Origin: Eutreptiella sp. 'Long Island Sound 2002'
Lineage: Eukaryota > Protista > Euglenida
Direction of reading: 5' to 3'
Assembly (NCBI GenBank): GCA_964036045.1
Contig: OZ038378.1
Location: forward strand, 93,930,001 to 93,994,000
DNA length: 64,000 bases
A program made the translations under genes and the position numbers. Shown piece by piece: positions 24,101 to 36,135 of the stretch. Each line of letters starts with the position of its first letter. Within the stretch, counting starts at the first letter, position 1. The notes under the pieces are model-generated. The model was not told the DNA's origin and did no database searches. It saw only the letters and a program-made list of their open reading frames with translations.

Positions 24101-24876
24101 AGACCCATGGGATGGGCCCTGGAGTGCCGCACTTCCTCACACAAAAGTCGTTCACTGAAGGTCCGTGGCTGGGTCTGGCTATTTTGTGGTGGTTGGTGAA
24201 TTGGCTGGAGGACCCCAACGAAGACTCGGACGACACGCACATGGATGGTGATGCATCGCGCTGCCTGTGGGCACTGTACTATGGCCGCCGCCCCGACGTG
24301 ATCAGTCTGGGCTGTATTCACTTGCCTATCCCGTTAAATTGCGCATGGGGTGTACTATCCGATGGTCCCTACAATGCAGCTGATGTGGTCAACCTGCTGA
24401 AGACGAGCGTCCGGAAAGGGGACACGGAGGAGGATGTTGAGTGGCGGAGTGTCACGCAGTGGGCAAGCACCGGGCAGCCGCTGTTCCGGTAGGAGTCCCC
24501 TGACCAGGCAGCAGGCGCGGACATGAGTGAGTCAGAAGTCGAGGAGGTGCCGGATCCGCAAACTCCCAAGCCGAAGGGGAGAAACACCGAAAAGCAGCGG
24601 CAGAAAGAGCATGGGAAGGCGGAGCGCGAGTCGCGGAAGCAAGAGGAGGCACGGGAGAAGCAACGTAAGAAGGAGGAGAAGGAGAAGGAGAAAAAGGCAA
24701 GAGAGGACGAACGAGCAAATCGTAAGAGGAAAGAAGAGGAGGATACGTTGGCAACGGCAGCCGTTGGGGTGTCCCCATCGCAGAAAAAAAGGGCAGTTGA
24801 GGGCCTGCAGGCCACCGTGCAACAAGGTGTCCGGGTTGGCTTGTCCAAGAGCAACGGCAAGAGCAACGGCAAGTGA
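21189..24876 (+). pseudogene. Element B cargo: ParB-like domain, helical region, degenerate amino-MTase-like domain and K/E-rich tail, spliced
   Basis: ParB-like motifs are GQSRIIDWDHV, VIGGQHGVAA and LAGQHN. A GT-AG intron at 21583-21666 restores the frame (DDK-V-GALW). MTase-like motifs are YNLVIVEVP, TEGP..LWWLVNWL and LYYGR. In-frame stops lie near 21231 and at 24490-24492. Confidence 0.75.
22404..23436. repeat. Tandem array, ~249-bp unit x4, probably intronic in the element B cargo gene, two palindromes per unit
   Basis: Unit starts at 22599, 22848, 23100 and 23348 are spaced 249, 252 and 248 bp apart. Confidence 0.92.
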
Positions 24877-26829
24877 CTGGAGGCCCCACATAACGCTGGA
24901 TCATGACTGTCGCTGGACCATACCGGACATACAACCACAGACACGTCCGTGTTACTGTGCTGGTTTTGTGAGCGCCTGATGTGACTGGGCCTGTCCTGTG
25001 CAGTCCCAAGTGGTTGTGGGACAGTGAAGGATGTGCCTGTTTGACGCTGTACGTGTTTGTGGCTGATTTTGACGCTCATTTTTTTAATTTGCACTGAGCT
25101 GGGCTCCACAGAGCTCAGCTTGCCAGATTTGCTTGATTTGCCCCCGAGTATGAACAATTTTATACTGCTGGGCTCTGCAGAGCCCAGCATGTTGTTTCAG
25201 GCCAATTTGCATGCCTCCTGCTGGTACGCAGTGCTGCTCCCATCTCAACAGTGTCCCTGTGTCCCTGTGTGAATTTGGTTGTATCAGCACAACATTGTGC
25301 TCTGGCATTTCTTTTGGTACGTCCCTCGTTGACACAGTGTGCCAATTGTCGAGTTTTCTCACAATTGTGGTCCATATACGGTGCCAGGTTTGTGTGTATG
25401 AGCCCCAGATGATTCAATTCTTGCTATTTTTTTACCAGTCCATGCCTTTGCAAAGTCCAGATGCCTTTTGTAACCCCGATTTGGTCCTGACATGTTCTGT
25501 TACCCGTGCCTGGGCCCTGCAGAGCTCAGCTGAACGTGTCTGTCATTTCGAATTTACCAGGTATGCCCTGAGTCCAATTTCAAGTCAGTAGTTTGGGCAC
25601 ATGTTTGCTTTTTATCGCTGAGCCCTGTTTTATTCCTCGCTGTCATGTATGCTCAATTGCATTGATCTGTTGGGCCTGTGTCTTTTCATTTCTCCAGCGG
25701 TTGACGGTGCGTATGCTGGACAGTGGCCTGACACTGTCTACTGTGCGATGCTTAATTTTTTGATGCCTTTTGTGGCAGGTTTTTGTTGGTGTCGGCCATT
25801 AAACGATAGTTCAACATTTGCTCGGAACTTAGAAGGGGGAACAGTCTTTGTGTGGCCAGGTGTTAGTAGGTGCTTGTGAATCACATTTGGGGACACATCA
25901 GTCCGAGTCAATACAGCATCCAACTTTGTTGTTCCGGCGGACCTCCTAGAGCGCACATAACGGTTTTTACAACTTCTGTGCCTTGTTTTGTGTGTGTTCG
26001 TGCCTTAGACTCGTCAACTAGTGTGTACAGCTTCCATGCCTTGTGTATGACTGGTGCTCTAGTGGTCTATCGCTTATTGGGCTGAGATTTTTTTCGGTGG
26101 GGGGGGGGGCGGGGGGGGGGTATAGTCCGATGCCTATTGTAGCCATTACTACACTGGTGGTCTGGCTTGTTTATCGATAGCGTAATTCATGGGTGCTTTG
26201 TGATGTTTGTATTGAGCTGGGCTCTGCAGAGCCCAGCCAGTAGGAATTCCCTATTTAACGCCCTGTTACTACCTGTTTGCCTGTACACTGTTGTGTCGGT
26301 GTACCACCCTGTACTATTACCCCTGTTTTTAGTGAATTTCATGTATCTGGGCTCTGTAGAGCCCAGCCTTTCAGAAATGCTGCCTTGCACCCTCCTTTTG
26401 TACAGGTGCTGTTCTCTGCCGTGATAGGTGGCACCTTCTTCACAGGCGGTGCATGTACGGTCATGATTGCCGTTACAATACCACGGGTGCTAGAAGAACC
26501 GCAGCACATGCCTTTGCCACCTACGTGCTCCATTTGTGATATCAGAGTGTGAAACATAGTTTTATGGTGCGACTGGTCCATTTTCGGTATTTCAGACCTC
26601 CAAAACTGGAAAAAACAGTCGCTGCGCTTGTATGCTGTGAGGGCCCAAAATGGTGCCTTTTGGCTGCTTCGCACCCCTAAATTGCGTGTCGTTCCTCCTC
26701 CCCATAAACCCAGGCTGGGAACAACACCTCCGTTACGCTTGGCTATGCAGCACAGAGGCTAGGCTCTGTGCAGGACATGAATTTTTTTTGAAAAAACGAT
26801 AGGGGGCACATTGGGCCTCCTAAGACTAG

Positions 26830-28904
26830 GGCATGTATGGTGTATTTCAGTTGGCTACCAATTGTTCGGCACCAGTCTTACTGATGGTATGCGACATCAC
26901 CATGTACTACAGCTACTTGAAAGTGTTGTCTAGTTACTGGATGCAGCCACTTCCATTGCGCGATGTGTATGGCTCCGTTTTCCCCTTGTTCGGTATCTGG
27001 CATCCATATACGTTATGTGTTGATTACACGTACAATGCTTCCCTTCCATTCATGTTGGCACTTGAATTCGAAGGGTTCCCTCAAAACTCAGCGGCAAGAC
27101 AGCTGTATGCATATTCTTCCCTTATTGTTAAGGAGCGTCTTCTTTTGGCTATTCACCTGTCCATACCAAGTACACGTGCTCATTTACGTTCTACTGCTGG
27201 CAGCAAAACACTTGAACATAAGTTGTTAGCAAGGCTATACCATCTTGTCTTCCAATATGCCCTAGCCGTACTTTGTTTTGTTATTATGGTGTGCGATTGT
27301 TCGTGGTACCACCGTACACTAGGTACCATTGAAGTAGCTAGGCGGTGCTTGCAGGTTTCTCTTTACTTGCTTCGGAAATTGACCCCACAGCACAGAGATG
27401 GTGGTTACAAGCGAGCTTTGCACTTAGCACTACGAAAGTGGTCCCCATACCGCTCTTTCTTTCCCGCCTTTGCCTTCGTGCAGGAGAATGAGGCCCAAGC
27501 CACGCCAATCCGCCCCGATTCCTTTGATTTACAGTGAGACCTCTTTGATGCATGATACTTGAATGTTGAATATATTTCTTGCAACCCTTTAGTGGCATGC
27601 ACGGTTTGGGGTGTCCCACAGTAAGGGGGTGCATAGTAAGGTGTCCTAATGTGAACCTGCCTTACTATGGAGCACTTTTTGTGGGAGATGGTGTATCACT
27701 CCCTATACCCCCTCAATTCGGGTGTGACGAATGCGGTTTGACCCACGTGACATCGTATCAAAACCACAAAGGGGGCAAAAGTCGGGGAAAAACCATTATG
27801 ATCAAGCTGGTATATGACCCCCTTACTGTGGGACACCCCATAGGACTAGTCGGCCACACACAATGGGGTGGGGAGGTAGTCCTCACCTGCCATAGCCATA
27901 AGACAGTCCTGAGTTGCATTGGCCTACAAGAGGCTCGAAAGGCCGTCACACGGAGAAGTAGGTGCGAAATGTGAAACGACGCGAAACGACCACCTCACCC
28001 CCTGAGATGGTGATGCGAAACGCGAAAGGGTCGAAATAGCCTCACAGGCTTGGGCACCCTGTGGGGCACCCTCTTTGGTGCGGGCCATGCCAAAGAGGTT
28101 TCTGTACTATCAATGGGCCCCCTTGGAACGGCGAGGCCCTGTGGTCCCGTTTGGCAGGGGCATTGGGCGAGGACACCAGCATTACCAGCGTTGGTGACTG
28201 CCCATTGTTTTGGTTACCTTACGCCACCACCAGCCCGGTACTCGGAAGTTCGTACGAGTCGGTACGAGTTGTGAGCATGCATCTTACACCGTTGCTAGCA
28301 TGCATTCACGCCGGTACTGTGACAGTTGTAAAAAAGATGGCCGCTGGGCCGCGGCCGGGTGCCCAGGCTCCCGATACCCTGCAGGGTACTATGGAGTGGC
28401 TGAAGGACCCTGTTTTTCCACCTTGTTTCAAGACCCAACTGGCGGATGCAACCTTCCTATATGCTGCATACCGTTCGTTGGAGGTGTTTTTCTTTTAGTG
28501 AGATAATCCCGCCAAATTCAGCTTAGATTTGATGGATCTCACGAGGTGGCCGAGTTGCTGTGCACCCTGCGTTCCGCGAGTTCAAGCAGCGGTTCATTAA
28601 CTTCTGTGCCCATTTTGGGTATACACGCCCACACCCCTTCCCCGCTGACGGGGATGCTTTGGGGGATTACCCCCTCCTCCCCCCCCCGGACGCACCGGCA
28701 AGGGGAGCACTCCCTATCCCTCCCCAAGGTGTACCCGGGCCTATTGCGGCAGAGCCTGCACCACGGAACCCTGTGGGTCCTATTTTGGATGGTGATGATG
28801 CCACCAGCACTGATGCTTCATCATGTGATGCATCGAGCTTGACGTGTGCCATTGTGGAGAGTGAAATCTCGAACCTTGTTCGTAGTGTGACTGTTATTGA
28901 CTAG
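26830..28904 (+). pseudogene. Element C transposase, 3' part
   Basis: LLMVCDITMYYSYLK and FPLFGIWHPY are homologous to the A and B transposases. The more distal part is decayed and interrupted by a MITE. Confidence 0.65.
27607..27840. mobile_element. MITE-like element, ~22-bp TIRs
   Basis: TGGGGTGTCCCACAGTAAGGGG is inverted as CCCCTTACTGTGGGACACCCCA; no clear TSD. Confidence 0.7.
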
Positions 28905-31900
28905 CCCCATTGTTTCAGCCCCACTGTGCCAGCAGTACAAAACCACCACCGTGCTAAGTCCCCCCCATATCCAGTGCCGGTGTGCCCCGCTTTTGTGTGT
29001 TATGTGCATGGAGGTTGCCGAGTGTTTTACTGGCCACATTTCAAGGTACTTCACGTAACTGCAATGTACGCCAATGTCTGTCGCGTAGTGTGACGTCCCT
29101 TTCATACACACCCGTTCGGCTTGGAGGGATTATGTGTCTCGCAGAAAGTGATTGCTTGATGTTCTACTATCAGCAACAAAATGTGCTTCGAAGTCACAAG
29201 CAGGAAGAAGAGTTCCGGCTCTGAGCTGTAGGTTCCTGCCTTGGTTATGAGTCTTTTAAAACGTCCTTGAGCGAAACGCTGCAGGCCTGGTTTGCAGCAC
29301 AAGCCATAAAGACTATGACATTTCCATTCTTGGAAGCAGCGACAGGGGCCGCCGTCTGTGGATATAGGTGATGCATGGAAGCTTGAATCCTTGAATCGCC
29401 ACGGTCCACCCACGTCGGAAAGAGGCCAAGTGACTGAATGAAGGAATGTGCCAAAACATAGTATGTTCACTGCCAAATTTGCCTGTAACGTAGGCCCTTT
29501 TGGCCTTTTTTTTGGATTTTGGATTTCTCTTCGCATCTTTCCATGGGACCTTTTGTAGCTCGATTGTTTTTTACGATGGCAGTTGCTCGTAGGCGTGCGC
29601 AAGATACGGGACCGCTTGCAGAAGCACCCCCCCCCCCCCAGCGCCCCTAGAGACTGCCCCTGCCCCAGCCGTTCCGTTGCCTGATCCTGCCGCAGTCCTT
29701 TCCGAGGACGACGTTGAGGAAGTGCGCATCGGTGCACCGCCGGACCTTGGCCGTGGCACAGGACAAGACCCGGATGCGGAGCCAGCAAGCGATGACTATG
29801 AGGAGGACGAGGACGAGGATCATGGCGACGAGCAGGAGACATACCATGGAGGTGAAGAGACAGGGGGCGCAACGCAGCATTGGACAGACGAAGAGCACGA
29901 AGCGGCACTGACAGAGGTCCGCAAGTGGATTGCATGGCAGGGGTACATACCACTGAAGCAGCTCATGTGGTGTGGAACGCGATGCCGTGGATTGTCACGT
30001 CCGTTAAGCAGCAGAGACTGGACAAGATCCGGGCAAGCCTCCGACTCAAAAGCCTGGTCGCACAAGTTTAGACGTGCTTACTTGATGTGCACGGTATTTG
30101 CGGGTGCAATGGAGCTATGTCGTTTGCCTTTGACTACTGACGGTAGAAATCAATTCCGAATTGTGTGTTGCTAATGGGAGGTAGCCAGCAAGTGGCTGCT
30201 GCCAATTGTTTTGGAGAAAGTAAAAAGATGCGCCTTGTTTGTCCACAAACTCCACGTACTTCACCATTGTGGGTCAACACATTTTTGCCGTGGTGCGCGA
30301 GCTCTTCAACCAGAAGACGGCACCACTGGCAAAGGAGGGGGATTAGTTGGGTGAAGGAGACCGGCCAAAGGCCTACTCACAGACCCAGGCCGTCGTGATG
30401 AAACTTGAACCCTCCACGCCGTGTTGATCATGGTAGGAGGCCTCCACCAGCGCGCCCTGCGGAGTCATGAGGAGACCATCTTCAGCGAGATCCATGGAAG
30501 CCTAGCAGAAGTATGCCAGCAAAGAGGAGGGCAATGCCCGAAAAAGGTTACACTCAATGGAGATGAGATCTGGAGCATCATTCAAGATCGAAGTTCGGAG
30601 TACAAGGACTGTGAGACACCGGAGAAAATGGTAAGTTGTACTGCCAATTGTAGAAAGTTTCATGGCACCCTATGTGTTGTATGCACTCTGCAGCGATGTG
30701 AGCCTCGGTATTGAGCCGGAAATATGCATTTCCATGATTGTTGTCACAGCAAGGGCGGGCAGTGGCGGGGAGTCGCAAACTTTGTTGGCATGATGTATGG
30801 CTATCCCGATATGGTGCCGGCAATTGAAAAATTCGACGACTGAAGGGTCTTGGGTCCAGCACCGTTCAACGAGTGTGCCGCGGACATGCAGTAGTAGTAC
30901 GGCAAGGAGTTCATGACGTGCTTGACGGATCCGTTGACGAAAAAGGTCACGCTGAGCACGGTGAACCGTCAATGAAAGGAGTTGCGCCAAGAGTAGGGGA
31001 TCTACACGCATGTATACCACTCAGACTTGTTGATTCAAGACTTCCAACGTATGTCATGCACGGTCCGAGGGCAATCTGCTTTCTTGCACACCGTTTTTAC
31101 TGCTAGCAGTAGAACTCATTTCCGAACAATCTTTCCGACAGGTTCGATGCGACAGGCCTGGTGCATACAAACGCAGGTGCCTTTTACTGCTAGCAGTAGA
31201 ACACTGTGTCCAATTGGAACCGTGGTGTCTTATTTTCCTAGGCACTGAGAGCACAGTGAAACGTCTAATGGCTTGGAACGACCGGGTGTGGCGTTGGGGA
31301 CTGCGAGCACGAGCAGCAGCACTTTGGAGAGTGGAGCGATTGCAATTGAAGGCAAAGGATTAACTGAAGGCCAAGTTCTGGACCCAAGGAGCACAACACC
31401 AGTTGATGAAGCGTCTGATGGCAGACATGATTGCACAAGGTACTATGAGCACGGATGCCGCACATGATAGATTGGTCGAGGTGGTGGTGAACAACAAGAT
31501 GCGGGCACTGCGATATTGCAAGGACAAGATGGGAGCTGTGAGTGCTGCCCCCCTTGTATGCATTGAGTTTGATGGACACGATTCGTGTGGTGCTGGGTGG
31601 TAAGTTCGGGGCCGATGAGACCCCTTGCATTGTGTATGGACCAAATGCAAGGGAGGAGGCAGCATCCCTACATGAGAGGCACTTTCTACCGGGAAGGTGG
31701 TAGAAGACCGAGATGGCGGTGTACAGTACAGTGCAACCGGACATGGGTGCAAAGGCCAGTTGGACTAAGTTCACATGCAGTGTTCCGTATAGCGTGTTGC
31801 TCCAACCCAAGAATTTCATCCCGCGTCCTCCAGACATGGTTCTGAATTCCCCGGTGACCTAGATTAAAGTCAATATGGTTAATTTTAATTTTTAGTATAT

Positions 31901-32149
31901 GAACCAGTTAATACATTAATCTCGTAAATATTAAGAGGTTAGCGTTCCATCTTTTTGATTGGGTCATGAGTACCGATTTTTCCATGCACATTTGAGGACC
32001 CATAAGGGGTGTTACGTGGTATATTGTTGCACAACGGTATAGTAGAGAGGTTCCAATGTTGTGTTGGTGGGTGTCTTGGACACCCCCCCCTCCGGTTGCC
32101 CGCATTCCCCCCCACTCCACACCACCATGTTCCCTTGTATAGCTCTTGT

Positions 32150-33580
32150 TATCCCTTTCTTTCGGGACACCCGTACCGAGCGTAAGATGACGCTCGTGCG
32201 CTTGAGTGGGGCCAAGAGTTTGCGGGACCCTTTGGTCTCCCGACTCCTTGGTCAGTGGGTGGCTTCATCTCCCTTGGCCCGGGCCCGATGGTCCGAGGCC
32301 ACGGAGGTGGGCTACCCCTCCCTTATTGGCGACAAGCAAAAGGAGGCGGTGAAGCAATTGCCTGCCACCTCTTCCCGGCCCCGGACCTCATCGGCCTCCT
32401 CATGGACTTCAACGTCCCCAAGCTTGGCTTCCGGCACGTGTCGGAGTATATGAGGCGCCGGGGGTCGGCCTACGCGGCCGCAACGGGCCTCCCGTTCCCC
32501 CGCTCCATCCCCACTTGGGATACGTTCACTTACACGTGGATGGAGTTGGTCACCACCCTTGACCTACGGCCACCCGTGTCCATCCCGGATCCCCCGGCGA
32601 GTGTGCGCTCTTGGGCGCTACCCTCATGGGCTTGGTACGTCCAATCACGTCCATCGCTAGTGGACACTATCGATTGGACAAGGCTCCTCACCTTCATAGT
32701 GCGTGGGGATGCGTACCCGTGCGCCGGTGGTAGTTGGACCCAACTCTCCATTGGGCTCCTCAACCACGGCGCACGGGGCCACACACCCGCGTACTTGTGG
32801 GTGATAGGGATGGCCATGTGCGGGGATACGGACATGGCGGCACTAGCAACCATATGGGCCGACAACTTGAAGGTTTGTGGCCCATTCGTTGTTTGTTAAT
32901 TTTTGCGCTTTTTTGTGTTGATTTCTCAAGGTTAATTTCTAGATTTCGGTTAATATTAACGCCGATCAAAAAAGTAATTTAATATGAATCTCGAGAAATT
33001 AATGCAAATATTAATCCATTCCTTTTTTGTAGGTGTTGCAGTCCATACAAGACTGCAAGAAGTTCTACTGGGTGTCCCCCTCGGTGCCAAGCGGGTTGGT
33101 CATCGGGGGGAGACCAACCCTTCGTGCGGCTCCTCAATTTACAATATGGGGGTGTGGGACAAGGTTGCGGCGGCATGGGTCAACATGGTGACCCGGCGCA
33201 CCTTGGATCGTGAGGAGGCGGCCCGCCTCCGCTACAAGGAGACCGGCCGTAGCTTGGAGAATCGGGGATGCATAGGGGATCCACACATTGTGGTTGACCG
33301 GTGTGTGGTCTTCCTATGCATCCTCCATTGTTGCATGGCCATAGGCCGGCTCCAAGTGGCGTTCATCGAGACACGCCTCGTGGATCTCCCCAAGGAGAAC
33401 GTCAACGCCGTGCAACGGGTCCTCTACCGGCCCCGCACGGGTGTGAAGTCGGGTGCGTCGCCGTGACCCGACGGGGAGGAGGCCCGTGCGTTGTTCCTCG
33501 TGTGGGAGGAAACTGGTCCGTTGTTGGACTACGTCCCGGAGGATGGTGAATGGCAAGCCGTCATCACATGTACCACCGGT
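32150..33580 (+). pseudogene. CMC-type transposase with AT-rich GT-AG intron (32873-33032)
   Basis: Motifs are IVRGDA..SWTQLSIGLLN..LWVIGMAMCG, LCILHCCMAIG and PDGEEAR, which fit a CMC/RAG1-like D..H..E layout. One TGA lies at about 33464. Confidence 0.55.
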
Positions 33581-33589
33581 GCCCAGCAC

Positions 33590-33953
33590 AGAACATTGAA
33601 AGAGAGACCAATATTGTCCGGTTACCGGTGGCCCTTTTAGGAAATCTGTACCGACGTGCATGCGATATGCTTCGGTCCGTCGCTTGGAAGTTTTCGAAAA
33701 CCCTTGGAAAGATGCTCGGAAGTTTTGGCAGCCAGATCGGCCCCCCAAAACGCAACCGATATCGGTAGGAATGTTCCATGGGCTTCCCAGCCGACCGTGC
33801 CGGGGGAGCTCGGAAGAAATTTTGGCTGGGACTTCCGAGATCAACCCTGCAATATGAGTCCCATTTGCTGAGCATGAATGCTGAGCATCCCCAAATATCC
33901 TGAGCAATATGCTTAGCATTTTCCTGCCATTTTTTACCTTCTATGCTGTGCGT
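33590..33953. mobile_element. Possible ~360-bp insertion with 8-bp direct repeat CCCAGCAC
   Basis: CCCAGCAC occurs at 33582-33589 and 33954-33961, with weak terminal inverted similarity (GCACAG..ATWGAA.G). Confidence 0.35.
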
Positions 33954-34167
33954 CCCAGCACCATGTGTGGCCATGTTCAAAGCCAACAATGCAGCCCCCG
34001 TGTGTTTTGCTTGTGCACGCTCGCTTTTGTGTTCCGATGGATATTTGCGGGGAGTTGCTTAGGTTTTTGAGATTAATATTGATAGTCGCCTCTACTAATA
34101 AGCAATATATTAATTGATTTTTCGGTCCAAAATATTAAGTTCCAGAAATCGACTCGGGTGATGAAAA

Positions 34168-34473
34168 ATGAAATTTTTTTGGTTTTTTTGCACCTGTGTC
34201 GCTCCAAAGATGGCGCAAGTGGAGCAGCGGCTGGAAGTAGCAGCTGCTCCCGCAGCTCCGCCAGCCCCAGCTCCACCTCCGCCGCCTCCACCGCCCGCAC
34301 GCCCATCGGAGGAGTCAAGCGAAGACTCTCTCGGTAGGCCGAAAAAGGAGAAGAGGGAGAAGAAGAAGAAGAAGAGGGAGAAGAGGGAGAGGAGAGAGAG
34401 GGAGAGGAGCCAGGGGGAGGTACAGGCTAGCGGGGGGGGGGGGTTAAGGACGAGGGAGAGGGGGAAGTGGTGA
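34168..34473 (+). CDS. Second ORF of the CMC element (Pro-rich, K/E/R-rich low complexity)
   Basis: MAQVEQRLE..PPPPP..KKEKREKKKKK follows an AT-rich spacer and has no recognisable domain. Confidence 0.35.
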   Translation: MKFFWFFCTCVAPKMAQVEQRLEVAAAPAAPPAPAPPPPPPPPARPSEESSEDSLGRPKKEKREKKKKKREKRERRERERSQGEVQASGGGGLRTRERGKW

Positions 34474-35752
34474 CGGACAAGGGGAACGGGGACGGGGAGG
34501 AGGGGGAGGGAGTTGAGGTTTTTGACCCCCCCCCCTCCCCCCCCCACGCTCCCCCAGTGGCTCCTCAAAGCGGCGGGCCCCCAGACGGCCGCCGCTCGGA
34601 AGGCGGGGGCGATCAGCTGGTGAGACCAGGTGCTGGAGCCCAGATGTGCAGGGGATCAACCCGTTTTATCCCCCCACGCACATGGCCACATGACAATCAC
34701 GTGGCTTTTCCGGAGGTTAATCCGGTGTTTGATTCGGCGAAAGGAGGGGGAACATAGAGGCACCTCGGGTAAGTTTGCCTCCAAGGGGGGGTTTGGGTCT
34801 GGAAACCCCTCCCTGCTGCCCCCCTAGCCCCCATGCCCCAGGCCACCAGTGTGGGCAGTTTGCCCGGATCGAATTTGTTGTATGACCGCCGCGCCGTCCA
34901 TTTTGGGACGGCGCACTACCAGGTGGTGCTACAGCATTGGACCCAGCCGGGTCAAGCAGTGGCGGCAAGGCAAGGCCGTGGTGTTCGGGGTCGACTGGGG
35001 CAGTGCCCTCGCCCTGCCCCGACCCATTTATGATCTTGCCTCATCCCCGGCTCGTGCACGGCGAAGGCGGCCGCGGTATCCGCGAACGTGGCCAAGCCGG
35101 CGGCCCAATCGGCATCAGCGGCCAGCGCGAGAGCCCCCGAGGTGGCCCCCACCGCAGCGTCTCACTTCCGAGATGCCATGGGGGCAGTACAGGAAGCAAG
35201 CACCAACGCTACGTTTGAGGTATGGTGCTTGTTTGTTTTGCTTAATTTCTAGGCCGCCAGCATTAATTTCTCGAGATTAATTTTCAGTTTTTGAACCGCC
35301 GCTCGAAACATTGAAAGTTAAGGGTTAGTATGAAAGTCAAAAAATTAAAAAAGTCGCTGAATAAATTAATTCTCATTTCTGTTCTTTTTTTTATGTCTGT
35401 AGGTCATAGACGTCGTGGGCAACGCGACGCATGCTAGGCCCTTCCGGGTGGTCTGCGCGACGCTGAGGGATCCCAGGAAGTACCCCTGGGGTACCTCCAC
35501 CGCATCGTGGCCCAAGACCTGCCGTTGGGCCTTGCTCTCTTGCGCGGTCTGCATGACTGGGAGACCTCGGGTGTGCTTAGCGGCGTTTGGGTGACGTCGG
35601 GTCACTTTCAGCGATGAGTGGGCTCGGATGTAGCAGGTGGGGTATGCGGGGGGGGGGGGTGAGGGGTTGCGGGGGAGCATGGGAGGGGGTGGGGTGAGCG
35701 ACGAGGAGGAGGGGGGGGGGCAGGGGGGGGCGTCCACCACCACCGCGCCAAC

Positions 35753-36135
35753 CCCCCCCCCCTGAGCCAAGCCGCAACCCAACCCCCCCCGACCCCCCTC
35801 AAAAAAACGAAAGGAACAGTTCGCCTTCGAGTCCGACTCGGAGAGAGACGGCGATGCCCCGTAACAAAAAGCTCAAACCCCCCCCACCACCTCCCCCGCA
35901 CGGCCTACGGAGGCCGTCTCCGCCCCCAAACCCACCAACCCCCCCCCCCCCCCTGAGCCAAGCCGCAACCCAACCCCCCCCAACCCCCCTCAAAAAAACG
36001 AAAGGAACAGTTCGCCTTCGAGTCCGACTCGGAGAGAGACGGCGATGCCCCGTAACAAAAAGCTCAAACCCCCCCACCACCTCCCCCGCACGGCCTACGG
36101 AGGCCGTCTCCGCCCCCAAACCCACCAACCCCCCC
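35753..36135. repeat. Near-identical tandem duplication, ~192-bp unit x2
   Basis: CTGAGCCAAGCCGCAACCC...AACGAAAGGAACAGTTCGCCTTCGAGTCCGACTCGGAGAGAGACGGCGATGCCCCG...CCCACCAACC is repeated. Confidence 0.93.

Larger units (their letters stand above)
15606..26824 (+). mobile_element. Element B: 11.2-kb DNA transposon with ~32-bp TIRs and 5-bp TSD ACTAG
   Basis: The left end is ACTAG|CTCATGAGGCCCATAGTGCCCCCTATCGTTTT. The right end is AAAACGATAGGGGGCACATTGGGCCTCCTAAG|ACTAG. Confidence 0.92.

Noticed and set aside
8923-24492. Stop-codon reassignment suggested by single in-frame TAG/TAA in long frames
   Set aside because: Paralog alignment implies different original residues (Trp at DN*W, Leu at TV*H, Gln at GG*H), so these are point mutations.
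15712-26366. Palindrome clusters as CRISPR repeats
   Set aside because: They are dispersed and paired rather than a contiguous array, the spacers recur as larger duplicated units, and no cas genes are present.
15603-26827. Canonical Academ TAG...CTA termini for element B
   Set aside because: This reading needs an indel and gives no TSD, whereas CTYAKGAGG termini give a perfect ACTAG duplication and match element A.
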